Shown here piece by piece: positions 27,378-37,132 of a stretch of DNA of 64,000 nt (within the stretch, counting starts at the first letter, position 1; every line of letters starts with the position of its first letter). The notes under the pieces are model-generated. The model searched no databases, was not told the origin of the DNA, and saw only the letters and a program-made list of their open reading frames with translations. Source of the stretch: a virus; IMG/VR virus record IMGVR_UViG_3300032241_003073, positions 34,315 through 98,314 of that record; one strand, 5' to 3'. Made by a program: the position numbers and the translations under genes.

Positions 27378-28315
27378 TATTTAATTTTCCATTCAATATA
27401 GGGGTCTGGAAGATTTACTCCAGATAATTTTTCAATTTCTTGAAATAGATTTTCTGGTAAATAATTGCTGATAAAAATCATAAATTTTTGTGCTAACTTT
27501 TTATCGCACGTATCAATTGCTCTTCTTAGTGAATTTACATCATAGCCAAAGCAATGATAGGCTTCACTTGGATCTTCTTCTAGTAAATCTTCATCTACTG
27601 ACCAAAATCTTTCATGTTGTTTGGTTTCAACAAAATTTAAAGAAAATTTAGTCAAATCGTAAATTAGAGATGCTATTTTAGGCGAAGAAAACCAAAAATT
27701 TCCAAGAGTTCTGTATTCTATTCCATATTCTGGAGTTCTGTGAGATCCAGCATGACCATAAATTCTTCTTCTGGCTTTTGATGTTGGATCGGTGTCGATA
27801 AAAATAGATGGTATTCCTAAAAATAGGTCCATCATTCTGACCACGCTAAAAGCATTTGAAGGATCTTGAAGCATGTTCGATCCAATATGGATGTGTCCAC
27901 CCGCTGAACGAAAAGGAGTTTTAAACTGAAAATATCCGTCCAAGAGTTCAACATCTTCATCTGGAGGATAATCGCACTCTAACGTGTACACATTCCATTC
28001 TGGGCTACATCCAGCAACTTTTGCATCCATACAATTTAATTCTTTTTTAGGATAATTCGCAGATGCTTTAATTGTAAATTTATTTTTCCCAATTGCATCT
28101 GATAATCCCTGTAAAGATTTTCTAATGTTTTCTATTGATTCATCTTTTGTGTTGGCTGGTTTGATTGCAATTTCGGCCAACACATTATCAAAATAATAAT
28201 GATTATTTTGTTTTACAATTGCACGCTCTTTTTTAGGAAGAATGCCAATTGCACTTTTTAATTCGTTTTGACTCGTAAGCATGAATTCAGGATCAGATCC
28301 AAAAGAAAAGTTCAT
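27377..28315 (-). CDS. phiEco32-like COOH-NH2 ligase type 2 (amidoligase)
   Basis: GSDPEF, DNVLAE, GCSPEWN, RSAGGHIHIG, RRRIYGHAG, YGIEYRTL. Confidence 0.85.
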   Translation of the reverse strand: MNFSFGSDPEFMLTSQNELKSAIGILPKKERAIVKQNNHYYFDNVLAEIAIKPANTKDESIENIRKSLQGLSDAIGKNKFTIKASANYPKKELNCMDAKVAGCSPEWNVYTLECDYPPDEDVELLDGYFQFKTPFRSAGGHIHIGSNMLQDPSNAFSVVRMMDLFLGIPSIFIDTDPTSKARRRIYGHAGSHRTPEYGIEYRTLGNFWFSSPKIASLIYDLTKFSLNFVETKQHERFWSVDEDLLEEDPSEAYHCFGYDVNSLRRAIDTCDKKLAQKFMIFISNYLPENLFQEIEKLSGVNLPDPYIEWKIK

Positions 28316-28324
28316 TGCAAATCC

Positions 28325-29137
28325 TCATTTTTGATAGTGCCAGTACGGAACAAGAACGTTTTGGCCAAGAGATTTATACGTTAAATCCTTAGCAAACCCG
28401 ATAGCTCCCAAGCAATTGTGAATGGTGTCTACATTCATACTGCTTGGGTAGTTCAACTGAATATCTCGACAGAAGATTCGTCGATCTCCAACTCTCAAAA
28501 TTTTTTGAAAAGCGGGATCAATTTTTTGTAAAAAAAATGCATCTTTTCTTTGGTAAGGTTTAATTTCGCCAGAAACAATTCCTTGTATTGTTTCGGTAAA
28601 ATGTTTTCCTTCTGTATGGCAAAACCCAGTTCTTAAAAAAAGAGAGTAAAGCGAAAGCATTGGAGGAGCTTGAATCCATCTTTTGCTTCCTTCAAACATA
28701 AAAATTCCAGATTTTTTGTAACAATCTGGAGGCGAGGCACACCTTCTTACAAATGATTTTTTTATTTTTAATTGATTTTCAATTTGATTGATGAAATCAA
28801 CAACCTTTGTAATTTTTTTTGAAAAACTTTTATCCTTTGGATTGGTTATTAGCAGTCTGGTTCGGTCTAAACAAGGAAGAGGATCAGTGAATGGATTAAA
28901 CTTGAATTTATATATTGAAATATTTTTTTTGTTTGTTGCAGAATAAATTACATCTTGTAGAAAGTCTTTGCACCAAACAAAAGGGTGACATTGTTCGTAA
29001 TTTGAGGAAACAAGAGAATATTCTAATCCCTTAGAATATATTTGAAGTATTTTATAATTTGCTTCAACAGGCTTCCATTTTATATGACGACTATATCCTT
29101 CCATATAATCCTCTTTTGTTGTGGGGCAAAATTTCAT
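28325..29137 (-). CDS. hypothetical protein co-transcribed with the amidoligase
   Basis: 270-aa ORF; WCKDFLQD, W..APPMLSLYSLFLRTG. Confidence 0.6.
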   Translation of the reverse strand: MKFCPTTKEDYMEGYSRHIKWKPVEANYKILQIYSKGLEYSLVSSNYEQCHPFVWCKDFLQDVIYSATNKKNISIYKFKFNPFTDPLPCLDRTRLLITNPKDKSFSKKITKVVDFINQIENQLKIKKSFVRRCASPPDCYKKSGIFMFEGSKRWIQAPPMLSLYSLFLRTGFCHTEGKHFTETIQGIVSGEIKPYQRKDAFFLQKIDPAFQKILRVGDRRIFCRDIQLNYPSSMNVDTIHNCLGAIGFAKDLTYKSLGQNVLVPYWHYQK

Positions 29138-29208
29138 TTTATATAATATCTTTTAAATTTCTTCGATCAATATATTTTTAGAAAAAAAATTTAAAACGTA
29201 AATAATGT

Positions 29209-29514
29209 ATGTTTGGATTTCGTCAATTTATCGCTGATCGGGGCAACGACTCAAGTATAATTAATTTATACCTCAACAATCCCAAAATGAGGATTTCTGA
29301 AATTGCAAACGAATTTGGGAAGTCAGATGCGGAAATATACCGTATTCTTCACACACATCAGGTTTCCCCCAATCGTTTGAAAATTAATCATCAAAAAGTT
29401 CATAATCTTTTTAATTTAGGTTGGAGTATTAAAGAAATTGCACAATTTACAGGATACACTCCTAGAAATGTTCGATATATAATTTCAAAAAATATTTCCG
29501 AAGGTGGAAAATAA
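29209..29514 (+). CDS. double-HTH DNA-binding protein
   Basis: ISEIANEFGKS..EIYRIL and GWSIKEIAQFTGYTPRNVRYII. Confidence 0.7.
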   Translation: MFGFRQFIADRGNDSSIINLYLNNPKMRISEIANEFGKSDAEIYRILHTHQVSPNRLKINHQKVHNLFNLGWSIKEIAQFTGYTPRNVRYIISKNISEGGK

Positions 29515-30350
29515 TGGCAATTGGAGAAAACGATATAATTTTGTCTTATTCTGGTGGATCGTCAAATGCCGATCCCAATCTTTCATTGGGCGGGGATATC
29601 TCGGAGCAGCCTATTTTAAGCACAAGATTGTTTAATGATGTTTCAGAAGCACAGTCGGCATCTGGATCTATTAATTATCGGTGTATTTATTTAAACAATC
29701 ATAGTAGTGATGGATATTTGTACAACAGCACTATCAATGTTGTTTATACAAATTCCAGCGATGTTGTTGTAGAAGTGGGAATTGGATCTTCGAATGATAT
29801 TTCTTTGATATCTACAAATGACCGTCAAATTGTAACCATTATAAATGGTCCGAATGCAACTGGAGGTAATTTTACTTTAACATTTAAAAATGTTGTTGAT
29901 TATGATGTTGTTGTCTATTGGAATGCTGATTTGGCAACTTTCTCTAATAATTTTCAAAATGCTCTAAGATTGATTCCAGATTTACAAAATGTTCAAGTTT
30001 CAGCATCAATTTTAAGCCCTAATATTGTTTTTGAAGTAGACTTTACTGGTGGTCGATATTATGATCCATTTGTTTTAAAAAGCAATAATTTAATTTGTAT
30101 ATATACCACCTATATTTTTATATCCAAGGCTGTCAATGGATATCCGTTCAACTCTAAAGCCAGCGAAATAGATGTTGAAACCACGCCACCAGCAAACATT
30201 TCTTTTTATTCTTCTGTAGCTGTTGGGAAAATTCAGCCATTAGATGCTTTGCCGATATGGATTAAAAGAACTGTGCCGCCCAATGCGGCAGCAGTTCAAA
30301 ATGATGGATTTACTTTAAATATTGAAGGGCATGGTCTTCCAGTTATTTAA
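29514..30350 (+). CDS. putative virion structural protein
   Basis: YSGGSSNADPNLSLGG, LFNDVS, YRCIY, PIWIKRTVP. Confidence 0.6.
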   Translation: MAIGENDIILSYSGGSSNADPNLSLGGDISEQPILSTRLFNDVSEAQSASGSINYRCIYLNNHSSDGYLYNSTINVVYTNSSDVVVEVGIGSSNDISLISTNDRQIVTIINGPNATGGNFTLTFKNVVDYDVVVYWNADLATFSNNFQNALRLIPDLQNVQVSASILSPNIVFEVDFTGGRYYDPFVLKSNNLICIYTTYIFISKAVNGYPFNSKASEIDVETTPPANISFYSSVAVGKIQPLDALPIWIKRTVPPNAAAVQNDGFTLNIEGHGLPVI

Positions 30351-31312
30351 CTGTGAGAGTGGACCCATTCTTCTAATTTTCTTGGGTCGATAATTCCAAA
30401 TCCTTCAAAAAATTGTTGACCAGCAAACTGAGGGCTTTTTGTTGGAATTGTATATTCTTTCATTGCTTGAATATAATCTTTATTGTTTTCAAGCTTTATA
30501 TCTAATCCCTTTTTTCTTTTGTAAGATAAAAGTAAAGCCGCAACACCAACGGCAAATGGATTCGCCATGCTTGTTCCCGATAAAATGGCATACCAATTAT
30601 CTGGAACTGTGCTTAATATTTTTACTCCTGGTGCAACAAAATCTAAATCTGGACCAGTGCAGCTAAAAGATGCTCTTTCAAATTTTTCATCAACTGCTCC
30701 AATTCCAATGACTTCTGGATACGCAGCAGGGTAAAAAATTTGTCTGGTTCTCCCAGCGTTTCCGGCAGCACACCACGTTACACAACCTTTAGAAGCGGCA
30801 TATAATATCGCTTCGTGAATTATATCCATTTGTGAAGGAGATCCTAAACTCATTGTTATAAAATCCACTCCTTGATCTGCTGCCCAACATATACCATTGG
30901 CAACATCAGATAAATTGCCAGAACCTTGACTGTCTAAAACTTTAACTGGTAAAACTTTTGATTTTGGTGCAATACCAACAACCCCTCTATTGGCGTTATT
31001 TCCACAAATAATGCCACACACATGCGTTCCATGACATGCATCATCGTCTGGAGTATTGCTTGGATTTAAAAAATTCTTTCCGGGAAGAAGATTGTCAACT
31101 AGATCTTCATGATCTAAGTCTGCTCCCGTGTCTAGAACAGCTATGGTTACATTTTCACCCTGCGTGTACTTCCACGCTTCTGGGAGATTAAATGCTGTAA
31201 TTTCCCATGCGATTTGGGTTTTAACTTCTTGAATGCTAACAACATCTTCTCTGACATAAGGAAGAAGGTTGCATTTATTGTGTTGCTTGTGTTGTTTGAC
31301 TCGTTTCGCCAT
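30347..31312 (-). CDS. subtilisin-family (S8) serine protease
   Basis: Triad motifs VLDTG, HGTHVCG, GTSMA; AAGN; AGGAGG RBS before MAKRVK at 31312. Confidence 0.93.
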   Translation of the reverse strand: MAKRVKQHKQHNKCNLLPYVREDVVSIQEVKTQIAWEITAFNLPEAWKYTQGENVTIAVLDTGADLDHEDLVDNLLPGKNFLNPSNTPDDDACHGTHVCGIICGNNANRGVVGIAPKSKVLPVKVLDSQGSGNLSDVANGICWAADQGVDFITMSLGSPSQMDIIHEAILYAASKGCVTWCAAGNAGRTRQIFYPAAYPEVIGIGAVDEKFERASFSCTGPDLDFVAPGVKILSTVPDNWYAILSGTSMANPFAVGVAALLLSYKRKKGLDIKLENNKDYIQAMKEYTIPTKSPQFAGQQFFEGFGIIDPRKLEEWVHSHS

Positions 31313-31728
31313 TTGTTGTAGCCTCCTGCTTTGCGTTCCAAAATCCTGCGTTATATTTTGCAACTATAAAATCAATTAAATAGCTGACTAATATATTTAT
31401 TACAAAACTTTTAATTTGTCCAGAAAAAGGTTGAAGCCATATTGGAAAAGCTTGGATTACGATATAATCAAATAATCTGCTTGCTATTGTCATTACGGCA
31501 GCTTTTTTGTCTGTTCCTGTTGGAATAATTTTTTCTGCTAATAAAATTGATTCATCAATAACTTCCATCATGAAAATTGTTGATTTCATTAAATATTTTT
31601 GATTAATCAAAAATATTTGTTTTATTTTTGGATTCGCTTGATCCCATTTTTTTTTTTGACTCTTGAATGTAAGATTCAAGTTTAGAAATTGCATCTTGTA
31701 TTTCAATTCCAGAAAAATTTTTGTTCAT
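31275..31728 (-). CDS. membrane-associated/holin-like protein, frameshifted at an A11 run
   Basis: ATG 31728 frame stops at 31603; removing one A from run 31647..31657 joins it to track ORF 31275..31706. Confidence 0.5.
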
Positions 31729-31758
31729 GGTTATCTCGCTCTCTACATTATATATATT

Positions 31759-32388
31759 TTAATTTTTAATTTGTTTAATTAAACTTTCGAGAGCATTCCA
31801 ATCATTGTAAGATTCTATGTCCCAAGAACTTCCAAAAATATGAAAAATGCTGTTGTCATCACATTTATTTATCATTTCTTGTGCAAATAATTCCCAGCTT
31901 TTTTCTTTGTATTCAATTCTATCAATGCCTATCTGAACCGTGCATTGAATAGAATGGGGGTCATTTCCAGGATTTAAACTTCCAGTTATACTTGTTCTTG
32001 CGGTTGTATATCCAGCACCTTTTATAAGAGCTTTGTTTAAAGAATTTAAACTGTTTCTTGGATATGCAAAAGATTTTATTTCTTGTCCCGTTACATCTTG
32101 CCAATATTTTTTTGAACTATGAATCTCCATGCTTATGGCTTGGATCATTCTTTTGTTCATTGGTTTGTTTGTAACAGATTTAGATCCAATTTCAAATTTG
32201 CTGGCAATTTGTTCGCAATCTTTTTCTGATAGCCAAGAGCTTGTCATTGCTAAATCTTTTGCGGCACCAATCATAGAGGGCCAATAGAATATTGTTTCTA
32301 TTTCATATTTTGCCATCAAATCAGCCATTCTTAAATCTGCGGTTGACCCATCATCCCAAGATGCAATGATTTTCATTTTTTCCCTCAT
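31759..32388 (-). CDS. NodB-like polysaccharide deacetylase fold, metal-binding histidines missing
   Basis: SWDDG, EIGSKSVTN (canonical EIGSHxxxH), FAYP, AGY..ART. Confidence 0.7.
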   Translation of the reverse strand: MREKMKIIASWDDGSTADLRMADLMAKYEIETIFYWPSMIGAAKDLAMTSSWLSEKDCEQIASKFEIGSKSVTNKPMNKRMIQAISMEIHSSKKYWQDVTGQEIKSFAYPRNSLNSLNKALIKGAGYTTARTSITGSLNPGNDPHSIQCTVQIGIDRIEYKEKSWELFAQEMINKCDDNSIFHIFGSSWDIESYNDWNALESLIKQIKN

Positions 32389-34357
32389 CTAATAATTCAA
32401 TTATTTTATTCCACATATCTTCTACAGAAACTTTATTTATACAATCTAGAGTGTTCGTTTTGCATTTGTGAGTTGTTTTGCTAGCAAATAAACTTTGATT
32501 GTGATGACAGCCAAGACATGTCAAATTGTTCGCAGTAATGCTTTTCATTTTTTTGCTGTAAAGAATTAAATTTGGACTCACAGATCCAAAAAAAGCTATT
32601 CCAGGAATATTGAAAGATTGTGCGATATGCATGGGAAAAGAATCAATTCCTATAAAAAATTTGGAATTTTTCATAATCCATGCTGTTTGTCGTGGAGTAG
32701 TTTTAAATCTTGCATCTATAGTGCAAGGAATAAATGTTTTTTCTGTTGATCCTCCAACAGAAACAATTTTTTCTCCTCTTTCCAATAGTCTTTGTGCTAT
32801 TTCTGCAAATTTTTCTTGAGGCCAATTTCTTCCCGCCCAATTTGTTGATCCTGCATGAATTACAATGTAATCATTTGGAAGTTTAAAACTTATATTAGGA
32901 TCTGCATTAATTGTTACTTTACAATCTTCTTTTTTTACTCCAACAGCTTCGGCAAAATTATCTAGCAAATTAGTTCTAGGTCTTATTTCACAAGATAAAT
33001 AGTCTAAATCATAAAAAACATTATAATTTATATTTTTTATTTCACTTGTTTTTATAATTTCATCAATATATGGATTTTTTTCAACTACAGTTGTCAAGTC
33101 AGTTGCAAAAGTAATTTTTACGTCTGAATACTTTTTTTTAAGTGCCGCACAAACCCCAGAAGCAACAAGAACGTCTCCGTGCGATGCTCTTCTTTTTATC
33201 AAAATGTTTTTAACTGGATTCTGATTGACATTTCTGGCTTGAGAAAAAAGTAAATCATCAATTCTGTGGGAATGAACCCATTTATTCATAAAATATTTAA
33301 TGTTGTTTTGTATAAATGCATGACCTCCAGAAGAAGTATGTCCAGCTTTATGGTATATTCTTGAATTAGGTTGAAACATAATTTTATATCCTAATTCCCT
33401 GACAGTCATACAAAGATCTGTATCCTCCCAATAACCAATTCTGTAATTGGGATTAAATCCACCAACATATTTAAATAGATCTGATTTTATTGCAAAACAA
33501 CAACCAGTAACCATTTCTCTTTCGCCAATTTCTAACAAATCTTGTGGTGCGTTTTCGACTTTATAGGGATTTTTCAAAAAGTGTTTTTTGTGTGTTGAAA
33601 AACCAATGTGTTTAAAACTCTTGCTGCCCCAATCCCATTCTGATCCGGCACTGTGAATGATTTCGGTTTGTCCTCTTTTTTGTATCTGCAAATTGCCAAC
33701 CATGCCAACCGAAGAATCTTGAAATAATTCAATCATCGGTTCAATCCAGTTGGGGGTTAACACTGTATCTGCATTTAAAAATATTAAAAATTTCCCAGAA
33801 GCAAATTCCACTCCAGAATTACAGGCTTGTCCATATCCTTTATTGGCATAATTTTGAATTATTTTTCCAATTGGATTTTTAATTTCACGTCTTCTTTTTT
33901 CCCATAATTTTAACACAACATCTTTAGATGATTGAGGACAACAATCATCTACAAATATTATTTCAGTTGAATATTTATTTTCTAAAGGAAATGTGGAAAT
34001 TAGTTCCTCTAAAACAGAAGCACTCTTATAAAGAGGTATTATAATTGATACATCTACATTTTTTTTATTTTGAAACCATTCTGGAGTTTCAATTTCTTTT
34101 GATCCAATAAATAATATATTGGGAGAAAAACTAAGATCATTTTTATTTTCTGTAATTGTTCTATTTTCAAATCTTTTTATATTTTTACTTTCCTGTATGA
34201 TTCTTTCTTGTAATATTTTTTCTTTGGCTTTAAAATCTATGTTATTTGAATTTCTTAGCGTGGAAGCAGTTGGCTTTTGATTTAATGCTTCTTTTATTTT
34301 TTTCTCATATTCAGATTTTCTTGTAGGATTTTGATATACTATTTTTTTATTATGCAT
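32351..34357 (-). CDS. GT2 + GT9 (heptosyltransferase-like) glycosyltransferase fusion
   Basis: VSIIIP, VDD, FLNADT, VTGCCF, GYWEDTDLC; then SHGDVL, IHAGS..WAGRNW, FIGIDSFPMHIA. Confidence 0.88.
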   Translation of the reverse strand: MHNKKIVYQNPTRKSEYEKKIKEALNQKPTASTLRNSNNIDFKAKEKILQERIIQESKNIKRFENRTITENKNDLSFSPNILFIGSKEIETPEWFQNKKNVDVSIIIPLYKSASVLEELISTFPLENKYSTEIIFVDDCCPQSSKDVVLKLWEKRRREIKNPIGKIIQNYANKGYGQACNSGVEFASGKFLIFLNADTVLTPNWIEPMIELFQDSSVGMVGNLQIQKRGQTEIIHSAGSEWDWGSKSFKHIGFSTHKKHFLKNPYKVENAPQDLLEIGEREMVTGCCFAIKSDLFKYVGGFNPNYRIGYWEDTDLCMTVRELGYKIMFQPNSRIYHKAGHTSSGGHAFIQNNIKYFMNKWVHSHRIDDLLFSQARNVNQNPVKNILIKRRASHGDVLVASGVCAALKKKYSDVKITFATDLTTVVEKNPYIDEIIKTSEIKNINYNVFYDLDYLSCEIRPRTNLLDNFAEAVGVKKEDCKVTINADPNISFKLPNDYIVIHAGSTNWAGRNWPQEKFAEIAQRLLERGEKIVSVGGSTEKTFIPCTIDARFKTTPRQTAWIMKNSKFFIGIDSFPMHIAQSFNIPGIAFFGSVSPNLILYSKKMKSITANNLTCLGCHHNQSLFASKTTHKCKTNTLDCINKVSVEDMWNKIIELLDEGKNENHCILG

Positions 34358-34360
34358 TTA

Positions 34361-34744
34361 TTATCCTGATGCCATTGGCTGCAATGGTGGAGAAGGTTTT
34401 TGTAGCGGATCACGTTCAGGCATCATTGGAGTAGCACGTTCAGAATTTGTATTAATATTTTGTTTTTCATTGTTGAATCCATGTCGATTGGCAATGTTGT
34501 TAACAACATAATAAATTGTTTCTATTGCTTTTTGTTTGTTCATTCTATTTTTATCAACGATTTGCAGAAAAGATTCTATTCTTCTTTGTAAATCATTTTG
34601 AAAATTTTCTAAATTTTCATTTTCATTGGCCGGTTCATGGTTTGCAGTAACATTAGATTGATTTTGCATAGAAGGATTTTGACCAACAGGGAGTGTTGGG
34701 CTTTCTGCATTATTTCCTTGTATGTATTCAAAAAAAGTTTTCAT
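34361..34744 (-). CDS. putative internal head protein
   Basis: MKTFFEYI; GAGGAG RBS. Confidence 0.6.
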   Translation of the reverse strand: MKTFFEYIQGNNAESPTLPVGQNPSMQNQSNVTANHEPANENENLENFQNDLQRRIESFLQIVDKNRMNKQKAIETIYYVVNNIANRHGFNNEKQNINTNSERATPMMPERDPLQKPSPPLQPMASG

Positions 34745-35070
34745 TGCTCCTCTGTTGGAATGGAATCAGGATCAGAATCGTCAGGCAAGCCAGTCTTAAT
34801 TAATTTTTTATTTTTACTTGTAAAAGTATCTGAATCTGAATTTGTCACCTTTTCTAAAGCATGTTTTATTTTTTCGTGCCAAGTTGAAATTTTTGTTGTG
34901 GGAACATCGAGAAGATCTGAAAGTCCTTCCGAATTATTTATAACAAGCAAAAAATCGTCCCAAAAAGAATCATTTACACCTATACCAGTGCGAATTGCAG
35001 ACATCGACAAGTCATCTATTTTAGGCGATTTGTCATTTTGCATGTTCTCCCACAATTTTTGAAAATTCAT
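34741..35070 (-). CDS. hypothetical protein
   Basis: MNFQKLWE after AGGA RBS. Confidence 0.6.
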   Translation of the reverse strand: MNFQKLWENMQNDKSPKIDDLSMSAIRTGIGVNDSFWDDFLLVINNSEGLSDLLDVPTTKISTWHEKIKHALEKVTNSDSDTFTSKNKKLIKTGLPDDSDPDSIPTEEQ

Positions 35071-35081
35071 TTTTATCCTAT

Positions 35082-35378
35082 TCAATTTTCAGAAACAATT
35101 TGTAATACGTCATCTAGAGATCCGGTTACATATGTTTTTTTTAAATAAATTGCATTGTAGCCAGTTGCTGTAAAAGTATCTCCATGATGCAAATAACCTT
35201 TAGGTCCAATTCCTTCAATATTTCCACGTAATAAATTAGGAAGGAAAATAGATCTGGTGTTTCTCATATTATCCGCTTCTGAAACAGTTTCATTTCCAGA
35301 AATTGTAGTTTTGTTCGGCTGTAGAAAACCAGTTCTTCCTATTGTTTCCAAATTTACCTTAAAAGTTATTGTTTTCAT
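35082..35378 (-). CDS. hypothetical protein
   Basis: 98-aa ORF, GGAG RBS, ATGA coupling. Confidence 0.6.
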   Translation of the reverse strand: MKTITFKVNLETIGRTGFLQPNKTTISGNETVSEADNMRNTRSIFLPNLLRGNIEGIGPKGYLHHGDTFTATGYNAIYLKKTYVTGSLDDVLQIVSEN

Positions 35379-35593
35379 TTTTCTTCTCCATTATTTTTAT
35401 TTAAATTCCTTTTCATAGAAATTCCAAAAAAAAGTTTTTCAGGATCAAAATTTGATTTAATTGATTTTTCTGGCGTTACATTTTTAGACTTAACGCCATT
35501 TTTCCCAAATCCCATATCTGAATTGGAACGATTGTCCCAAATTTCTCCAGCCCCTTGAGGCGAATCCTTAGAAAGCCATTCTTTGAAACTCAT
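35375..35593 (-). CDS. putative internal head protein
   Basis: MSFKEWL; TAAATA-N4-ATG. Confidence 0.6.
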   Translation of the reverse strand: MSFKEWLSKDSPQGAGEIWDNRSNSDMGFGKNGVKSKNVTPEKSIKSNFDPEKLFFGISMKRNLNKNNGEEK

Positions 35594-35622
35594 ATTCTAT
35601 TTATGATTTTATTTAAATAAAA

Positions 35623-35880
35623 TCATTCTCTTGACTTCAACCAATGAAAAACTTGTTCTATATTGTCCTTGGCAACTGCAATGTGGTCATTTGCCCAATC
35701 GTGACCATTAGAAATTCTGTTGTCAATTTCTGTTTGGTTCATTTTTAAAATTTCTTGGATGGCATCTTGAATGGTTTTAAGATTGGCAAAAAACATATAA
35801 TGTTTCTTATCTTCTTCTTCATTTAACCATTCGCTCTCTGTAATGATTCCTGATAAATACTTTATATATTTAATGTCCAT
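35623..35880 (-). CDS. hypothetical, putative prohead-associated protein
   Basis: YLSGIITE, LNE; YMFFANL, GHDWANDHI. Confidence 0.6.
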   Translation of the reverse strand: MDIKYIKYLSGIITESEWLNEEEDKKHYMFFANLKTIQDAIQEILKMNQTEIDNRISNGHDWANDHIAVAKDNIEQVFHWLKSRE

Positions 35881-35888
35881 TTTTAATC

Positions 35889-36119
35889 CTATTTTGTAAT
35901 TTTATGACGAAAAGATACTGCGAACGGGTTGACTTTTTGTGAGCCAAATGCTTTTTTTTCTGCAACTTTTTGTAAGGCTGCATCAACTTCTGATGTCGAA
36001 TGCTTATCGCATGTTTTTAATTGAACATTATTTAAATGAACTCCAAAAAATATGCCATCTTTTTTGTTTATTTTTGTAACGCTATTTTTACATCCTGGCA
36101 TTTGACATTTCATTGGCAC
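35889..36119 (-). CDS. small Zn-binding protein
   Basis: CQMPGC ... CDKH; GTG start with AGGAG. Confidence 0.55.
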   Translation of the reverse strand: MPMKCQMPGCKNSVTKINKKDGIFFGVHLNNVQLKTCDKHSTSEVDAALQKVAEKKAFGSQKVNPFAVSFRHKITK

Positions 36120-36145
36120 ACTCCTTTTGAACTAATTTTATATAT

Positions 36146-36874
36146 TTAAAAGTTTTTAAATAAAACTTCCGATTTCTCGGTTTTATTCTTTTCTACATTC
36201 CATTCTTTGTAAATTCTCTTATAAAGAGGAGACATGCATCCACTAATTAAAACTTTTCCATCATATGAATTTAATATTCTTGATAATTCTATATGATCAT
36301 CTGTTGTCATTTCAGAAGAATAAACACTTTTAGATACTTTTGCTTCGTGCAGATATGGCGGGTCACAATAAACCAAAGTGTCTGAAGCATTAAAAACTTC
36401 TAGAACTTCTATTGCCGGTTTATTGAAAATATAAACTTCTTTTATTCTTTCTGTTAAAATTAAAAGTTCTTTTAATGTTTTGGTCCAAGATTCAGAATTT
36501 TGTGATTTTGCAAATGTTTTTTTTAATCCATTTTGACTCATTCTATTCAAAATAAATTCATTTATAGCTTGATCCAAATAATCATTAAATTTATTTTTTT
36601 TTAATGATCTTACAAATGTGTCTTCGCAATATTTGCAAAGACTTAAACGACGAATAAATTCTTTAGGTTCGTCTCGAAGAGCCCGGTACACTGTTATCAA
36701 ATTAGAATCAATATCATTGATAGATTCAACTTTTGATGTTTTTTTGTTTAGTGCTACTGATATTTCCCCCCCAAATGGCTCTAAATATGTCATTTCTTCA
36801 TACTGTTCTGGAAAATTGCTGATGATCCAAGAACTTAAATTCTTTTTCTTTTTTTTCAATGCTGATTTAATCAT
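36146..36874 (-). CDS. second Dam-class adenine methyltransferase, divergent N-terminus
   Basis: YLEPFGG, IND, YCDPPY; lacks N-terminal GGK. Confidence 0.8.
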   Translation of the reverse strand: MIKSALKKKKKNLSSWIISNFPEQYEEMTYLEPFGGEISVALNKKTSKVESINDIDSNLITVYRALRDEPKEFIRRLSLCKYCEDTFVRSLKKNKFNDYLDQAINEFILNRMSQNGLKKTFAKSQNSESWTKTLKELLILTERIKEVYIFNKPAIEVLEVFNASDTLVYCDPPYLHEAKVSKSVYSSEMTTDDHIELSRILNSYDGKVLISGCMSPLYKRIYKEWNVEKNKTEKSEVLFKNF

Positions 36875-36875
36875 T

Positions 36876-37100
36876 TTATTCCTTACTTTTAGAATGTATT
36901 ATGTGATTGCATTTGCTGCAAATAAAATCAAAAGGCCCATATCCTAACTTCGATCCTTCCCAAAACCATCCTAAATCTGGATTTTTTAATTGACACTTTT
37001 CACAAAGTATATTGATTTTTTGTTCATTTTCTGGAAGCTTCTCATCAATCCAAAAATAACAATCTTCTTTTGTTTCGTTCATACTTGCTATCCTCAACAC
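36876..37100 (-). CDS. small Zn-finger protein
   Basis: CEKC, CSKC; start may be 37082. Confidence 0.55.
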   Translation of the reverse strand: MLRIASMNETKEDCYFWIDEKLPENEQKINILCEKCQLKNPDLGWFWEGSKLGYGPFDFICSKCNHIIHSKSKE

Positions 37101-37132
37101 TAAATAATATGACTTAATAGAGAGTTAAACTT

